A stretch of DNA of 64,000 nucleotides, from contig CAWGMQ010000003.1 of NCBI GenBank assembly GCA_963823665.1, forward strand, positions 1,504,001 through 1,568,000. Reading direction: 5' to 3'. Numbering within the stretch: position 1 is the first letter of the stretch; each line of letters opens with the position of its first letter. This document shows positions 33,825-45,113 of this stretch, piece by piece. Source of the stretch: an uncultured Planctomycetota bacterium (lineage in GTDB: Bacteria > Planctomycetota > Planctomycetia > Isosphaerales > Isosphaeraceae). The notes under the pieces were generated by a model. The model was not told the DNA's origin and searched no databases. It was given only the letters and a program-made list of their open reading frames with translations. A program made the position numbers and the translations under genes.

Positions 33825-35579
33825 GGAATGATCGACCGGGCAATTCGGAATCCGAAGTAATAGAGCGGCAGGTCCGTGGGAATAAACTGGATTCTTGCAG
33901 CACAGCGCAGGGATTGCGGGTCCGAGCTCCAGCAGCCGCCGCGCAGCACCCGCTCGACTCCGTGCGCCGGGCCCCCGCGGTCGGGATCACCATCGGATCG
34001 GCCGCGGTAGCCGTCACGCGAATACCAATCCCAGCACCACTCCCAGACATTGCCGAGTGAGTCGTGAAGGTGAAAGCCGTTTGGCTCCTTCAGGCCGACT
34101 TCGTGCGTCTGGTTACCCGAGTTCTCGGCAAACCATGCGAAGCGGCCAAGCGATCGGGCGTCATCGGTCGCGCCGTAGCGGCCGGTGCCGCCGCCACGAG
34201 CGGCGTATTCCCATTCCGACTCGGTCAAAAGCCGGTAGCCGGTGCCGCCTTCGATTCGCACACGCTCGCCCTGGATCTTGTAGAAAGGATCCTGGCCGTC
34301 GCGCGCGCTCAAGAGATTGCAGAAGATCACCGCATCAACCCATGAAACGGAATCGACCGGGCGGCGATCGACGCTCGCGAAGATGCTCTCGGGAAGACTG
34401 CCGAGCACGGCCCGGTATTCGGCCTGGGTGACAGGAAATGCGCCGACCCAGAGATCCGATGGAATCACCACTCTGTGTGGCGGCCGCTCATCTTCGGCTT
34501 CGATTGAACCCATCACAAATTCACCGGCCGGAACTGCGCACCATGGCGATGCCGAGCCGGCCGTGCCCGGCGAGCTCAGGGCGACCCGTGCGCACGGCCG
34601 GGACGATCTCGGGTGCCGGCGATCGTGGGCTCGAGGCACCCTGATATTCCTCGAGAGCCGCGACGAACTCGTGCATCGAATGAAATCGGTCGCCGATCAG
34701 CCGCTCCATCGCCTTCAAACAGATTCGCTCAAGCTCGCGAGGAACCTCGTCGCGCAGTCGAGACGGGCGTTTTGGCTTTCCTTTCAGAATCGCGTCTTCC
34801 ACCTCGTAGCGGTTACCGCGAAAAGGGAGCATTCCTGTCAGCAGCTCGTAAAGGATAACGCCCAGGGAATAGATGTCACACGGCGGGCCCTGCCAGCCGG
34901 AGAAGCCGCGCACCTGCTCGGGCGACATGTAAGCCGGGGACCCGAGCCGATCGCCATCGCGGGTCAGTCGAGTGGCATCAGGGTCGTCGATGAACAGCGC
35001 CAGCCCGAAGTCGGTGATGCAGAGCTGCTCGTCCGCGTCGAACATCAGGTTGGCCGGCTTCAGATCACGGTGGACCACGCCCATACCGTGCGCGTAGTCC
35101 ATCGCGCGGGCAACGGTCAAGACCCACCGCGCGACCGCGTCGAAATCAAGCGGGTCGGCACCGGAAATGCGCGCGGCAAGCGTTCCCCCATTCAAGAAGC
35201 GCATCGTGTAGTAGAGGTGGTCTTCCCAGGTCGCGCTGTCATAGATGCTGCAAATATTCCGGTGATTGAGCCGCTCGACCGCCCGGATCTCGGTCTTGAA
35301 CCGCTCGATGATCTTGTGCCGGCGCCGCTCGCGGAAGTCGATGTAGGGAACCTTCAGCGCCAGGTCGCGCTCGAGCGCGGTGTCGTGCGCAGCAAACACA
35401 ATTCCCATGCCGCCGCCCCCGAGGTAGCACTTGAGCAGGTAGCGGCCGTGTGCGCCGAAAGGCGCGTCGACCGGCACGAATAGGGCGCCGCAGGCGTGAC
35501 AGTTCCCGTCCGTGCCGATCAAGTCGAAGGTCATATCGACCTGCTCGCGGCAGTGGGGACATCGGACCGGGAATTTCAT
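33821..35579 (-). CDS. Zn-ribbon + Ser/Thr protein kinase + FGE/SUMF1 domain fusion (frameshift near 34535)
   Basis: CPHC/CHAC; LGGGGMG, ALK, HRDLKPAN, DFG, YMSPE; then FVMGS, YRLLTESEWEYAAR, GNVWEWC, GFRIA. Confidence 0.9.
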
Positions 35580-35913
35580 GGATGCGGAGCCCTGGCCTTG
35601 TCGTCGAGCGCAGCGAGCGTGCCGAGTCGCGATGCCTGATTCTCTGGAAATTGAGCGCGGCTGGCAACGGGCTGATTCTCCGTACGGGAATTGCCATCTC
35701 GCCAGTCGCCGCCGCGCCGGCAAGCCGCGCGCGGGTCCGGGGCGGCGCGCGCTTGATGATCGATGTCGTTTTTTTCCAACACCCCGGGGTGGAAGCCTCT
35801 ACCGCTCGTCGAGGCGCCGATGGATCATGGCATGGACCGATGTCGGGCTCGCTGAAGATAGGGGATCGACGCCGAGCGGGAGACGACGACCGGGCCGAGA
35901 GGCGCAGAGCCTT

Positions 35914-37041
35914 ATGGATTATCGTTCCATCGTGCTGAAGGGCCGGAAAGAACGTCGCGATCCGGAGCGGGCGGGTGCGTCCGGGCTGTACAAGGAGCCC
36001 CGCGTCGAAATCACGACTCGATCCCGCCCCGTTCCGGCGCCAGACGGCGTCGTCCTGGAAGTGATTACCGGGAGCATCTGCGGCACGGATATTCACGTGC
36101 TGCAGACCGACGAGGACGGCTACAGTTGCTCGTCGGTTCCCGCACGGAACTGGGAGCGTGGGATTCAGTTCGGACATGAGATGGCAGGTCGCGTTGCTGG
36201 AATCGGGCCGGGCGTCGCTGACTGGAAAATCGGCGACCTGGCAGCAATCGACTCGCTCGTTCCATGCCGTCGTACCGAGTGCCGGGCTTGCGTCGCGCGG
36301 CAGTGGAATTACTGTTCGGACGCGTACCTGATCGGTCTTCAAGCCGACGGCACATTTGGCGAGTTTGCCATGGCCCCGAGCGCGAGCGTGCACCCGATCA
36401 AGCCGCTGCTAGGCCGCTATCCGTTCGATCTTGCCGTGCAGATGGCCGCCCTTGCCGAACCACTCGGCGTGGCATTACATGCGATCGAGCAGGCACGCCG
36501 GTGGCTGAGTGAGAAAAGCCCGAGTGCTCTGGTGCTGGGCGCTGGCCCGATCGGGGCGTTCCTGGCATGGCAAGCCCGGAGCAATGGGTTTGATCCGGTA
36601 GTCGTGCTCGAGCCCAATCCCAAGCGTTGCGCACGCGCCCGGAAGCTCGCTCATTTGGCGTTGCATCCGGATGACTATGACATCCAACTCACCCGGGATG
36701 TATTCGGCCTGGGACCATCGGTTGTCTTCGACGCGTGCGGCGCCGACCTCGGTCCGATCGTGGCCGGCGTGGCGCCCGGTGGGGCAATCGTGAGCGTGGC
36801 ACGCACCGGGCAAACGATGCGGTTGAGCAACGATACGCTCATCACCCGCGGCATCGCCGTGATCGGGTCGCGGGGCCACGTGGGCTGCGTGCCTTCTGCG
36901 CTCGAACGGCTCGCGAAACTCGAAGTCGATCCGGAAACCTTTCTGACCCGCAGTTTGAACGGCCTGGACGATCTGCTCCTGGCCCTGAAGGATCCAACAG
37001 CATTGACTGATGAGCTCAAGGTCGTCTGCCGGATCTCGTGA
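35914..37041 (+). CDS. Zn-dependent medium-chain dehydrogenase (sugar/cyclitol type)
   Basis: ICGTD, GHE, four-Cys structural Zn site, EP motif, GAGPIG. Confidence 0.88.
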   Translation: MDYRSIVLKGRKERRDPERAGASGLYKEPRVEITTRSRPVPAPDGVVLEVITGSICGTDIHVLQTDEDGYSCSSVPARNWERGIQFGHEMAGRVAGIGPGVADWKIGDLAAIDSLVPCRRTECRACVARQWNYCSDAYLIGLQADGTFGEFAMAPSASVHPIKPLLGRYPFDLAVQMAALAEPLGVALHAIEQARRWLSEKSPSALVLGAGPIGAFLAWQARSNGFDPVVVLEPNPKRCARARKLAHLALHPDDYDIQLTRDVFGLGPSVVFDACGADLGPIVAGVAPGGAIVSVARTGQTMRLSNDTLITRGIAVIGSRGHVGCVPSALERLAKLEVDPETFLTRSLNGLDDLLLALKDPTALTDELKVVCRIS

Positions 37042-37091
37042 TACTGCGTGGACGCGGCGCGAGCGCAAATCTCGACGTTCGCCCGTTGCCG

Positions 37092-38099
37092 TCAGATCGC
37101 CGTGCCCTCGATCACGCAGACTTCGGCGGCGGTTGGGACGATGCGTGTGAGGCGGAAGCCGGCGGCCTCGTACAGCCGGTTATATTCCTGAGACGTCCGC
37201 TCCGCGCCGCCGGGCGCGACGAGCATCGTCAGGTCGAGCAGCTTCACGAAAGACGGGTCGTTACCCGGCGCGATCACACTCTCCACGAGCAACAACGCCG
37301 CATCGTCGTGCATGGCGGACCGGACGTTGCGGAGGATTGCAGTCGCCTTGTCGTCATCCCAGTCGTGGATGATGTGGCGCAGCATGTAGGCGTCGGCGCC
37401 TCCGGGGATGCTCTCGAAAAAGCTCCCTCCCACCAGGTCGCAACGGTCGATGAGCCCCGCCGCCTCGATCGCCGTCCTGGCCCGCTCGACCACATCCGGA
37501 AGGTCGAAGAGGATGCCGCGCATGTCGGGGTTCTGGCCCAGCACGCCGATCAGATTGGTGCCGTTTCCACCGCCCAGGTCAGCGAGCACGCGGATGGCCG
37601 AAAAGTCGAACGCATCGAGGATGGCCTGCGTTTCCCGGCCGTGGACACCGGTCATGGCGGCGTCGAACGTTTGCGACTGGTCGGGATGCTCGGAAAGGTA
37701 ATCGAAGAGCGGCTTGCCATACAGCCGCTCAAACGCCGGCCGGCCCGTCCGGACACTGTTCAGAAGATCACCCCATGCGCAGTATTGCTCCTCCCCCATC
37801 ATGATCGCGAGCGCCCATTGCGAGCCGGTCTTCTGGCTCAACAACCCGTCCGACAGCGGCGTCTGGGAGAACCGGCCATCGTTGTCCTCGACGAAGATGC
37901 CGAGGCTGGCCAGCGCACGCAGTAATCGATAGAGCGACGGGGCATGCGTTGCAGTGGCTTCGGCGAGCTGGCCGGCGGTTTTGGGCCCGCTCGAGAGATG
38001 ATCGGGGATTTTGAGCTTCGCCGCGACGTAGACCGACTGGGAAACCCAGTACGCGGTGATCATCCGGGAAAGTTGCTCTGGAACAGAGGATCCTGACAC
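37092..38099 (-). CDS. O-methyltransferase (Methyltransf_2 with dimerisation domain); alternative start at 38144
   Basis: LYRLLRALAS, DLGGGNG, LFDLP, GSFF, IIHDWDD, GAERT. Confidence 0.92.
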   Translation of the reverse strand: MSGSSVPEQLSRMITAYWVSQSVYVAAKLKIPDHLSSGPKTAGQLAEATATHAPSLYRLLRALASLGIFVEDNDGRFSQTPLSDGLLSQKTGSQWALAIMMGEEQYCAWGDLLNSVRTGRPAFERLYGKPLFDYLSEHPDQSQTFDAAMTGVHGRETQAILDAFDFSAIRVLADLGGGNGTNLIGVLGQNPDMRGILFDLPDVVERARTAIEAAGLIDRCDLVGGSFFESIPGGADAYMLRHIIHDWDDDKATAILRNVRSAMHDDAALLLVESVIAPGNDPSFVKLLDLTMLVAPGGAERTSQEYNRLYEAAGFRLTRIVPTAAEVCVIEGTAI

Positions 38100-38150
38100 G
38101 GCTGGTTCGTCTCCTTGATTTCGAATCGCTCTCGCCGGCGACAAGAACGT

Positions 38151-40944
38151 TCAGCCCGGCTGGACACTCCGCCGGCCTACCAAACGACCAGTTCTATCCA
38201 GGGCCGGAGATTCTTTTCTCGAGATCTCAGGACGGGCCATGAGCGCCTTGTTGAGCTCGATGGCAACCTTCTCCACAAACGGACGATTGAGGATATTGTG
38301 ATGGTACCCGGGAACGATGCGAAGATCGACGCCTCCCCGCGCAAGCCCGCCCCATCCCAGATCGGGTTCGGGCGGGCAGAGGAGCGAACGAGTCCGCGCC
38401 CGAATCAGGGTCACACGCCCGGGGTAGCAGCTTGTCTCGTACAACTGATAGGCCCGAAAGGCGCTCGCCATCTGTTCCCTGACCTGCGCGGGCATTGCGG
38501 CGACATGCACAACCTCTTCCAGCTTGGCGACCACCGTCTGGCTCCTGTGCTGCCCTGACCAGCGCCGCACCAGGCGGCGGAGGTGCTTTCCTGAACTCCA
38601 CAGCAGCCGCCTGGGGAAACCATCGAGAGCGTCGTCGCGGACCCAGAATGGCAGGTTTTGCAGCCTGCCAAGAAGAGTCTGGACTCGTCTGCCGAGACCT
38701 CGGTCCACAGTCCGTAGTCTCGGGCGCATGTCGATGATCGCCAGCAAATCCACCTGGTGGCCCTGTTTCACCAGCTCGCAAGCCACCTCGTAGGCCAGCG
38801 AGCCCCCGTATGAGTGGCCTGCCAGTGAGTACGGACCTCGTGGCTGGAACTCGCGCAGGGCCTGGACGTACAGGGCGACGGTGGCTTCGAAACTCAGCGA
38901 GGGATGGCCGCAATCGGCTGTGTGCCGGGGCTGAAGTCCGTAAACGGAAGTTTCCGATCCCAGCTCCTGCACGAGCTGACGATTGGAAAGATGGTCGCCA
39001 GCCAGGTTGGGGAGGAGAAACAGAGGAAGCCGGCCCAGAGCGCCCGGCGCAATTCGACGACGAGCACAGCGGGCTCGGCCTCGCCGGGCTGGGCCAGGAG
39101 GACCGCCTGGGCCGCGACGGTGCCATGCCGGACGAGTGAAGCCATTGGCAGCCGTCTCTGAAACCGCTTTTCGATCCGGGCAAAAAGCTCGACCGCCAGC
39201 AAGGAATGCCCGCCCAGGTCAAAGAAGTCGTCGTGGATGCCAACGCGACTGACCTTGAGAAGTTCGGACCAGGCGTGGACAAGTTGTTCTTCGATCTCAT
39301 TCCGGGGAGCCGCCTCCTCGCCGCCAGGTCTCTCGTGAGTGTCGTCGGGGGCAGGCAAAGCCCGGCGATCGACCTTACCGCTGGGCGAGAGCGGCAGAGC
39401 GGGCAGCATGATGAACCGGGACGGCACCATGTACTGCGGTAACCCCTCCCGGAGATATCGGCGAAGCTCCGCCGGCGCCATGCCCTCTCGCGGCACGATG
39501 TACGCCACCAGTTGCCGGGAAGCGGGCTCTTTATCCCGCAACACCACCGCGCAAGCATTGACTTGCGCGTGTGTGCACAAGAGCGCCTCGATCTCGCCGA
39601 GCTCGATCCGGTTTCCACGCAGCTTCACCTGCTCATCGATTCGCCCCAGGAACTCGAGCTGGCCGTCCGGCCGCCAGCGGGCCAGATCCCCCGTTCGATG
39701 CATGCGGCCGCCGGCGACGAAGGGATTGGCCACGAACCGTTTCGCGGTCCCGGCAGGATCACCGAGGAAGCCGCGAGTGACGCCCTCGCCTCCGATGTAG
39801 AGCTCGCCTGCCACACCGATCGCAACAGGCTCGAGCCGATCTTCGAGCACATAAATCTGGGTATTGGCGATGGGGCGACCGATCACGCGGAGCTCGCGAG
39901 CATCGTCCGCAGGCGCGTGATCCCTGCACGGTTCGTTGCGCGCGGCCAATCGGTCGAAGAGCGTAGCCGTTGTCGAATAGCCGCTGCATTCCGTCAGGCC
40001 ATAGAGGACATCCAGACGGACCGCGGTGGGGTGGTCGCGAACCATTTCGAGCAGACGCGCCGGAACCGGCTCGCCCCCGACTGCCACGACGCGAGCCGAC
40101 GCGGGAAGGCGGCGCCGCGCAGCCAGATCCGTGATGAGCGTCGCGGCCCCCGTGAAGGCCGTCAGCCGATCGTACCACGGCGACACCAGTAATTCCTCGA
40201 TGCTGCGCCAATGACGAGCGTTCCGCCGGTGAAGAGCGGAGAGAAAATCTGCGTGATGCTGGCGTCGAACGTGAGCGGCGCGGTGAGCGCGGCGACTCGA
40301 AAGTGCGCCGGGTCGAACTGACGCGTCAGCCGGTGGGTCATCAGGTTGACCAGGCCGCGATGCTCGACGCAGATACCCTTCGGCTGGCCCGTCGAACCGG
40401 ACGTATACAAGATGCACGCGAGGTTCTCCGGGCGCGCGTCACCCGGTGCCCCCGGGCCAGCCGACGGCGGAGTGTCGAGCCCGGCTCGGTCAGCGAAGAC
40501 GACCTGGTAAGGGCCGGTCTGCGGCACCTCGAGGTTCTGGTGGCCGGCAACCACGATTCGCAGCCCGGAATCCTGCACGACCGCCGCGTACCGCTTTTCC
40601 GGGCTGCCGGCCGGCAGCGGCACATAGGCACCCCCGGCCTTGAGGATGGCAAGCAGCCCCACGAGCGAGCCGATCGTTCGGTCGCAGTGAAGGCCCACCG
40701 GGACCTCGGCACCGGCGCCCAGGCTTCTCAGGTAGCCTGCCAGATGATCAGACCGCCGGTTCAATTCCCGGTAACTGAGCGTCTCCTCGCCGGCCACGAC
40801 CGCGATGGCCTCGGGAGTGCGGTTCACCTGGTCTTCGAAGAGGTGGTGAAGGCACTTGTCCCGAGGATAGCTTGCCGCGGTCTCGTTCCACTCCACGAGG
40901 ATCTTGTGGCGTTCCTCGTCTCCGGCGGGGTCGGTGGTCGCCAC
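38151..40944 (-). CDS. Stand-alone NRPS, A-PCP-TE (frameshifts near 40205 and 39035; alternative start at 41013)
   Basis: A domain LSYREL, YTSGSTGQPKG, YGLTE, RTGDL, GRIDEQVKLRG, SGKVDR; PCP FFDLGGHSL; TE GHSYGG. Confidence 0.9.
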
Positions 40945-41005
40945 AGGATTCTCCTGCGAAGAAACCGGGGCGGAGGGTCCGCCGCCGCCGGAGCGTCGCC
41001 TGAAT

Positions 41006-41849
41006 TCAGACACGGAAGCGGAATGAGACGGAGGGGCAGCGCTCGCCCAGCTCGTAGGCCGGCCGGGACATCCGGGTCAGCTCAGCGAATTCACCGATGA
41101 CGCCGACGGCCGCTTCGAGAGCCGGGAATGAGTAGCACGCGGGTGAATCGCGGTAAGCGTCGATCATGCGAATGACTTCCAGAGGCCATCCCCGCTCGAC
41201 CAGCTTCTGCACGTCGATGCCCGCGCCGCTCCAGTAACGCCAGACTTCGTCCACCCGCACGCCGCTCGAGTCGTCCGGGCCATGGAGGTGCCATGGCCAG
41301 TCTCAGCTTGAAGGCGTGGAAGCTGCCGATCTTTTTCTCGAGGAGATCGTCGATGACCGCCGCCGGCGACTCGCGGCGATCGGGGGGCACATACATGCGG
41401 AGACACCAGATCGCGCCCTCTCGGGCGACCGACGCCATGGCGGCAGCGAGCCGCCGGTATCCCTCTGGGAACGGCAACGTCGATAACACGCCGTCGCCGA
41501 TGATCAAATCGAACGACCGAGGCTCGAGCCGTGCGGCCATCCAGTCGTCGCACACAAGCCGCTCGACCGAGGCGGTCGAACCTGGCCAGACGAACTGAAT
41601 CATCTCCGGGTTTTGATCCACGGCAGTGAGCGAGGTGCCCTCCGGCCAGGGCAGAGCCGCGAGCTCGGGTGTCACGCCCAGGAGCAGGGCGGTGAGCGGT
41701 CCGCCACGCGAAAGGGCGCTCTGGTCGCGCAGCGACCGCGCTACGAACTCAACGTCCTCGGGCGACGGCCGCAACGGGGGGCCGAAATAGTCCCACTGAC
41801 GGGCGAGCGAATGCCAGTGCACCTTTGCTTCATCGCGACAGGATGTCAT
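41006..41849 (-). CDS. Class I SAM-dependent methyltransferase (frameshift near 41285)
   Basis: LLLGVTPE, AVDQNPEM, SFDLIIGDG; the C-terminus continues in ORF 41006..41260. Confidence 0.8.
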
Positions 41850-41947
41850 GCGGTGATCCCCGCAACACCTCAAGTTTACGTCAGATCTGCGAGAGCGTCT
41901 ACTCACCGTGGATGCACCAATTCGTATCTTCTCCTGGCAGGAGCGGG

Positions 41948-43192
41948 TCAAGACCTGATCGACCTCGAACCGGCGACTCGCTCGAGGAAACTTGCCAGGG
42001 GTGGAATGCAAACTTCGAGAGAGTACTTCTCTTCGATCGTCCGGCGGGCGGCGGCGCCGAGCGGTTTGAAAGCCGCCGGATCCTCGAGCACGCGGAGCGC
42101 CGTCTCCGTGAGGCGATCGACATCAAAGAACGGCTCGATCAGGCCGTTCTGTCCCGGCTCGACCACTTCACGCACGGGCGGAACATCGGCGGCGAGCACG
42201 ACGCAGCCGGTGGCCATGGCATCGATCAGCGACCACGAAAGAACGAACGGGGCCGTCAGGTAGATGTGCAGATCGCTCAACCGGAAAATCGCAGCGAGGT
42301 GCTCGGGCAAGATCCTACCGGTGAAGATGAAGCGGTCGAGATCGTCGCCCCGGCCCTTCATCACCCAATCCTTGAAACTGGGATTGCCGGTGTGGAGCTT
42401 GTCCCAGCCATAGTGAATCTCTTCACCGCCGGCCACCACGAAGATCACATCCGAGCGGGCCTTGCAGATGCGCCGGGCGACGTTCATGAAGATGTCGAAG
42501 CCGCGGATCGACTCGAGCCCACGCGAGGCGAATGTCACCACCTTCGTGCCACTTGGGATCGACCGAGTGCCGATTTGCCGGGGGGCGGCCCCCGGGCTGT
42601 AAAGCGCGGTGTCAATTCCGTCGAAGTAGACTTCGATCTTGGAATGGAACCGTTCCGGAAACGACTGCTTCTGCCACTGGGTTGCCGAGTATCCGGCGTC
42701 GCAATCGACCAGCGTGGCCAGAGTCGGGGCGTTGATCGATCGGGGGAAAAAAGGTGCGGGCTCGGCCGGCGGCAGGTCGATCCGATACGAGATGTCGCGG
42801 TGGCTCCTGGCGAAATAGTATTCGCAGTAGATCACGATCGGGCAGTCGAGCACCTCGCGCAGAAACAAGCTGGGCGCGCCGCGGCCGCCGTGGGCGACCA
42901 CCAGATCCGGGCGCGGGTGCGGTAGCGCCTTGACCGCGTCGTGGATCGTCTGGCACTGGTCGAGATAATGGCCGTAGATCTGGGGCCAGGGTATGCCGTC
43001 GCTCGATCGATGCTCGGCCGCCTTGGGGACAAGCCGCACCTCGAGTGCCTTGAGCATCTCGGGAGTTGGTGTCGGGCAGCTCGAGAGACTTTGCACGAGG
43101 AAGCGGCACTGCCAGCCGCGCGTCTGGGTCAGCTCAAGCGCCAACCGCCCGAACTGGGCGGGGAACGCGTCGTGGATGAACAGAACGTTCAC
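41948..43192 (-). CDS. GT4-family glycosyltransferase
   Basis: LFIHDAFPAQF, DGIDT, RGLESIRGF, HIYLTAPFVLSWSLIDAMATG; GTG start overlaps the upstream stop. Confidence 0.92.
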   Translation of the reverse strand: MNVLFIHDAFPAQFGRLALELTQTRGWQCRFLVQSLSSCPTPTPEMLKALEVRLVPKAAEHRSSDGIPWPQIYGHYLDQCQTIHDAVKALPHPRPDLVVAHGGRGAPSLFLREVLDCPIVIYCEYYFARSHRDISYRIDLPPAEPAPFFPRSINAPTLATLVDCDAGYSATQWQKQSFPERFHSKIEVYFDGIDTALYSPGAAPRQIGTRSIPSGTKVVTFASRGLESIRGFDIFMNVARRICKARSDVIFVVAGGEEIHYGWDKLHTGNPSFKDWVMKGRGDDLDRFIFTGRILPEHLAAIFRLSDLHIYLTAPFVLSWSLIDAMATGCVVLAADVPPVREVVEPGQNGLIEPFFDVDRLTETALRVLEDPAAFKPLGAAARRTIEEKYSLEVCIPPLASFLERVAGSRSIRS

Positions 43193-44466
43193 CACCACCC
43201 TCCCCTGGCGGCTGCCACCGAAGAGAATTCCTCCGCGAGCCTGGGCAGACATACGTCGGCTGCATAGCACTCACGCGCAAGCGCAGCAGCCGCATCGCCC
43301 ATCGGCCGGAAGGATGCGGGATCAGCCAGAACCTCGAGCGCGCGTTTCGCCAGCGAATCCCCGTCGCGCTCCTCGACCAGGACACCGGTCTGCCCGTCGG
43401 TCAAAACCTCGCGATGAGGCTCGGTATCGGAAGCAAGCACCACGCAACCGGCGGCCATTGCCTCGAGCAGTGATCGCTGCACGGGGTAGGCGCGGCCCGG
43501 GGCGACGTGCAGGTCGCTCGCGGCGAGGACTTCCGCGACGATCGACGGCGCCTGAAGGCCCAGGAACCACAGACGGCTGGGGTCTGAGAGTGGATTGTCG
43601 GCAAGCCATTGCGGGGCGTAGTCACGGTTATGAAAGACGAGGTCAAGTCCCCGGCGCACGGTACGATCGCCCACCACGACGCAGACCACGTCCGGGAAAG
43701 ACCGCAGCAGGCGGTCGGCCAGCTTGAGGAATCGGTCGAGCCCCCGGAGGCGGTCAAGGGAGCGGGCGACGAAGGTCACTACACGCGTCGAGCCGGGAAT
43801 GACGCGCCCGGCGATCGAACGCAGTTCGGAACGGCCGACCGGCCTCGAAGAAGCGGTGAAGCGGTGGGTGTCGACACCGTCGTGCAGCACGAGGAACGAG
43901 TCGCGATATTCGGCGGGATAGAGCCCGCGCTGCCAGGATGTCGGCGTCCACGCCAGTGCCGCCTGCTCCAGGTCGAGGAGGTCAATCGCGGCCATTGACC
44001 GCCGCCAGTGGAAGTAGGCCGGAGCGGTTTCGGGTCCGGCCTCGCCGGCCAGGTCGTGCTGGTGCGGGTGATAGAAGTAATCGAGAAAGGAGACGACGGG
44101 AGCCGCGGGGGCGTACACCGGCGCGAACAAGCTCGAGCCCAGGCCCATTGACCGGCCGACGACCAGGTCGATCGAGCGCGGGCGGTTCTTTTCGAGCACT
44201 TCCCAGCAGCCGTATGAGTAACAGAGGCTGCGCTCGAGAGTGCGCGACCAGCTCACCGCAGGATCCTTGGCAATGCCTCCCAGCCCGAAAACGGTCACTT
44301 CCAGGCCGTGGCCGACCGACGCCGGCCAGGTTTCACGCGGCTCGAGGCGATGACAGTAGAACGTACAGCGATACCCCCGGCGCCGCACCAGCCAATCGGC
44401 GACCGCCCCGAGACGGCCAGGGAAATGGGGCTCGATCCAGAGCACATGCAGAGGGTCTTGCGGCAT
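43189..44466 (-). CDS. GT4-family glycosyltransferase (paralogue)
   Basis: HFPGRL, HDGVDT, SLLEAMAAGCVVLASD. Confidence 0.9.
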   Translation of the reverse strand: MPQDPLHVLWIEPHFPGRLGAVADWLVRRRGYRCTFYCHRLEPRETWPASVGHGLEVTVFGLGGIAKDPAVSWSRTLERSLCYSYGCWEVLEKNRPRSIDLVVGRSMGLGSSLFAPVYAPAAPVVSFLDYFYHPHQHDLAGEAGPETAPAYFHWRRSMAAIDLLDLEQAALAWTPTSWQRGLYPAEYRDSFLVLHDGVDTHRFTASSRPVGRSELRSIAGRVIPGSTRVVTFVARSLDRLRGLDRFLKLADRLLRSFPDVVCVVVGDRTVRRGLDLVFHNRDYAPQWLADNPLSDPSRLWFLGLQAPSIVAEVLAASDLHVAPGRAYPVQRSLLEAMAAGCVVLASDTEPHREVLTDGQTGVLVEERDGDSLAKRALEVLADPASFRPMGDAAAALARECYAADVCLPRLAEEFSSVAAARGGWW

Positions 44467-44497
44467 TGGTCGACCCCAAAGCTCAAGACAGAGCGGG

Positions 44498-44521
44498 CGG
44501 CACACGGAGAGTGCCTGCTAG
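44498..44521. repeat. Single REP copy related to the pair at 48155-48213
   Basis: Minus strand reads CTAGCAGGCACTCTCCGTGTGCCG. Confidence 0.6.
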
Positions 44522-44543
44522 GACGGCGCCGAGCGGGCGCGAA

Positions 44544-45017
44544 TCACCAAGCGAAGTGGGCGAAGGCCTTGTTGGCATCGGCCATGCGGTGGACGTTCTC
44601 GCGGCGGGTGATCGCGGCGCCTTCGCGATTGAACGCGGCGACGAACTCATCGGCGAGCTTGATCGCCATGGGCCGCCCTTTTTTCTCGCGCGCCGCCATC
44701 AAAATCCAGCGAATCGAGAGGGTTTGCTGCCGCGTCTTGTTGACCTGCATCGGCACCTGGTAAGTGGCGCCACCGACTCGCTTGGAGCGAACTTCGATCG
44801 CCGGCTTGACGTTCTCGACAGCCCGCGTGAAGACGTCGATCGCCGTCTCGTTGGGCAGCCGCTTCTGCACCAGTTCAAGGGCATCGTAGAAGATGCGCTG
44901 GGCTACGCTTTTCTTGCCGTTGTGCATGACGCAATTGATAAACTTGCCCGCGAGCTTGGAGTTGAAGCGCGGATCAGGGCGAAGTTTCGTCTTGCTCGCA
45001 GTGAATTTCCGGGCCAT
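44544..45017 (-). CDS. rpsG: 30S ribosomal protein S7
   Basis: [39 protein letters not shown]. Confidence 0.99.
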   Translation of the reverse strand: MARKFTASKTKLRPDPRFNSKLAGKFINCVMHNGKKSVAQRIFYDALELVQKRLPNETAIDVFTRAVENVKPAIEVRSKRVGGATYQVPMQVNKTRQQTLSIRWILMAAREKKGRPMAIKLADEFVAAFNREGAAITRRENVHRMADANKAFAHFAW

Positions 45018-45113
45018 GAACGAGAACCCTCGGATTCTGGACTGGGGATTTGCTGTCTTGGATTCTGGATTGCGGGGAGGTCTCGGCGACGCGCTAGCAG
45101 CCGGCGCCTCAGG

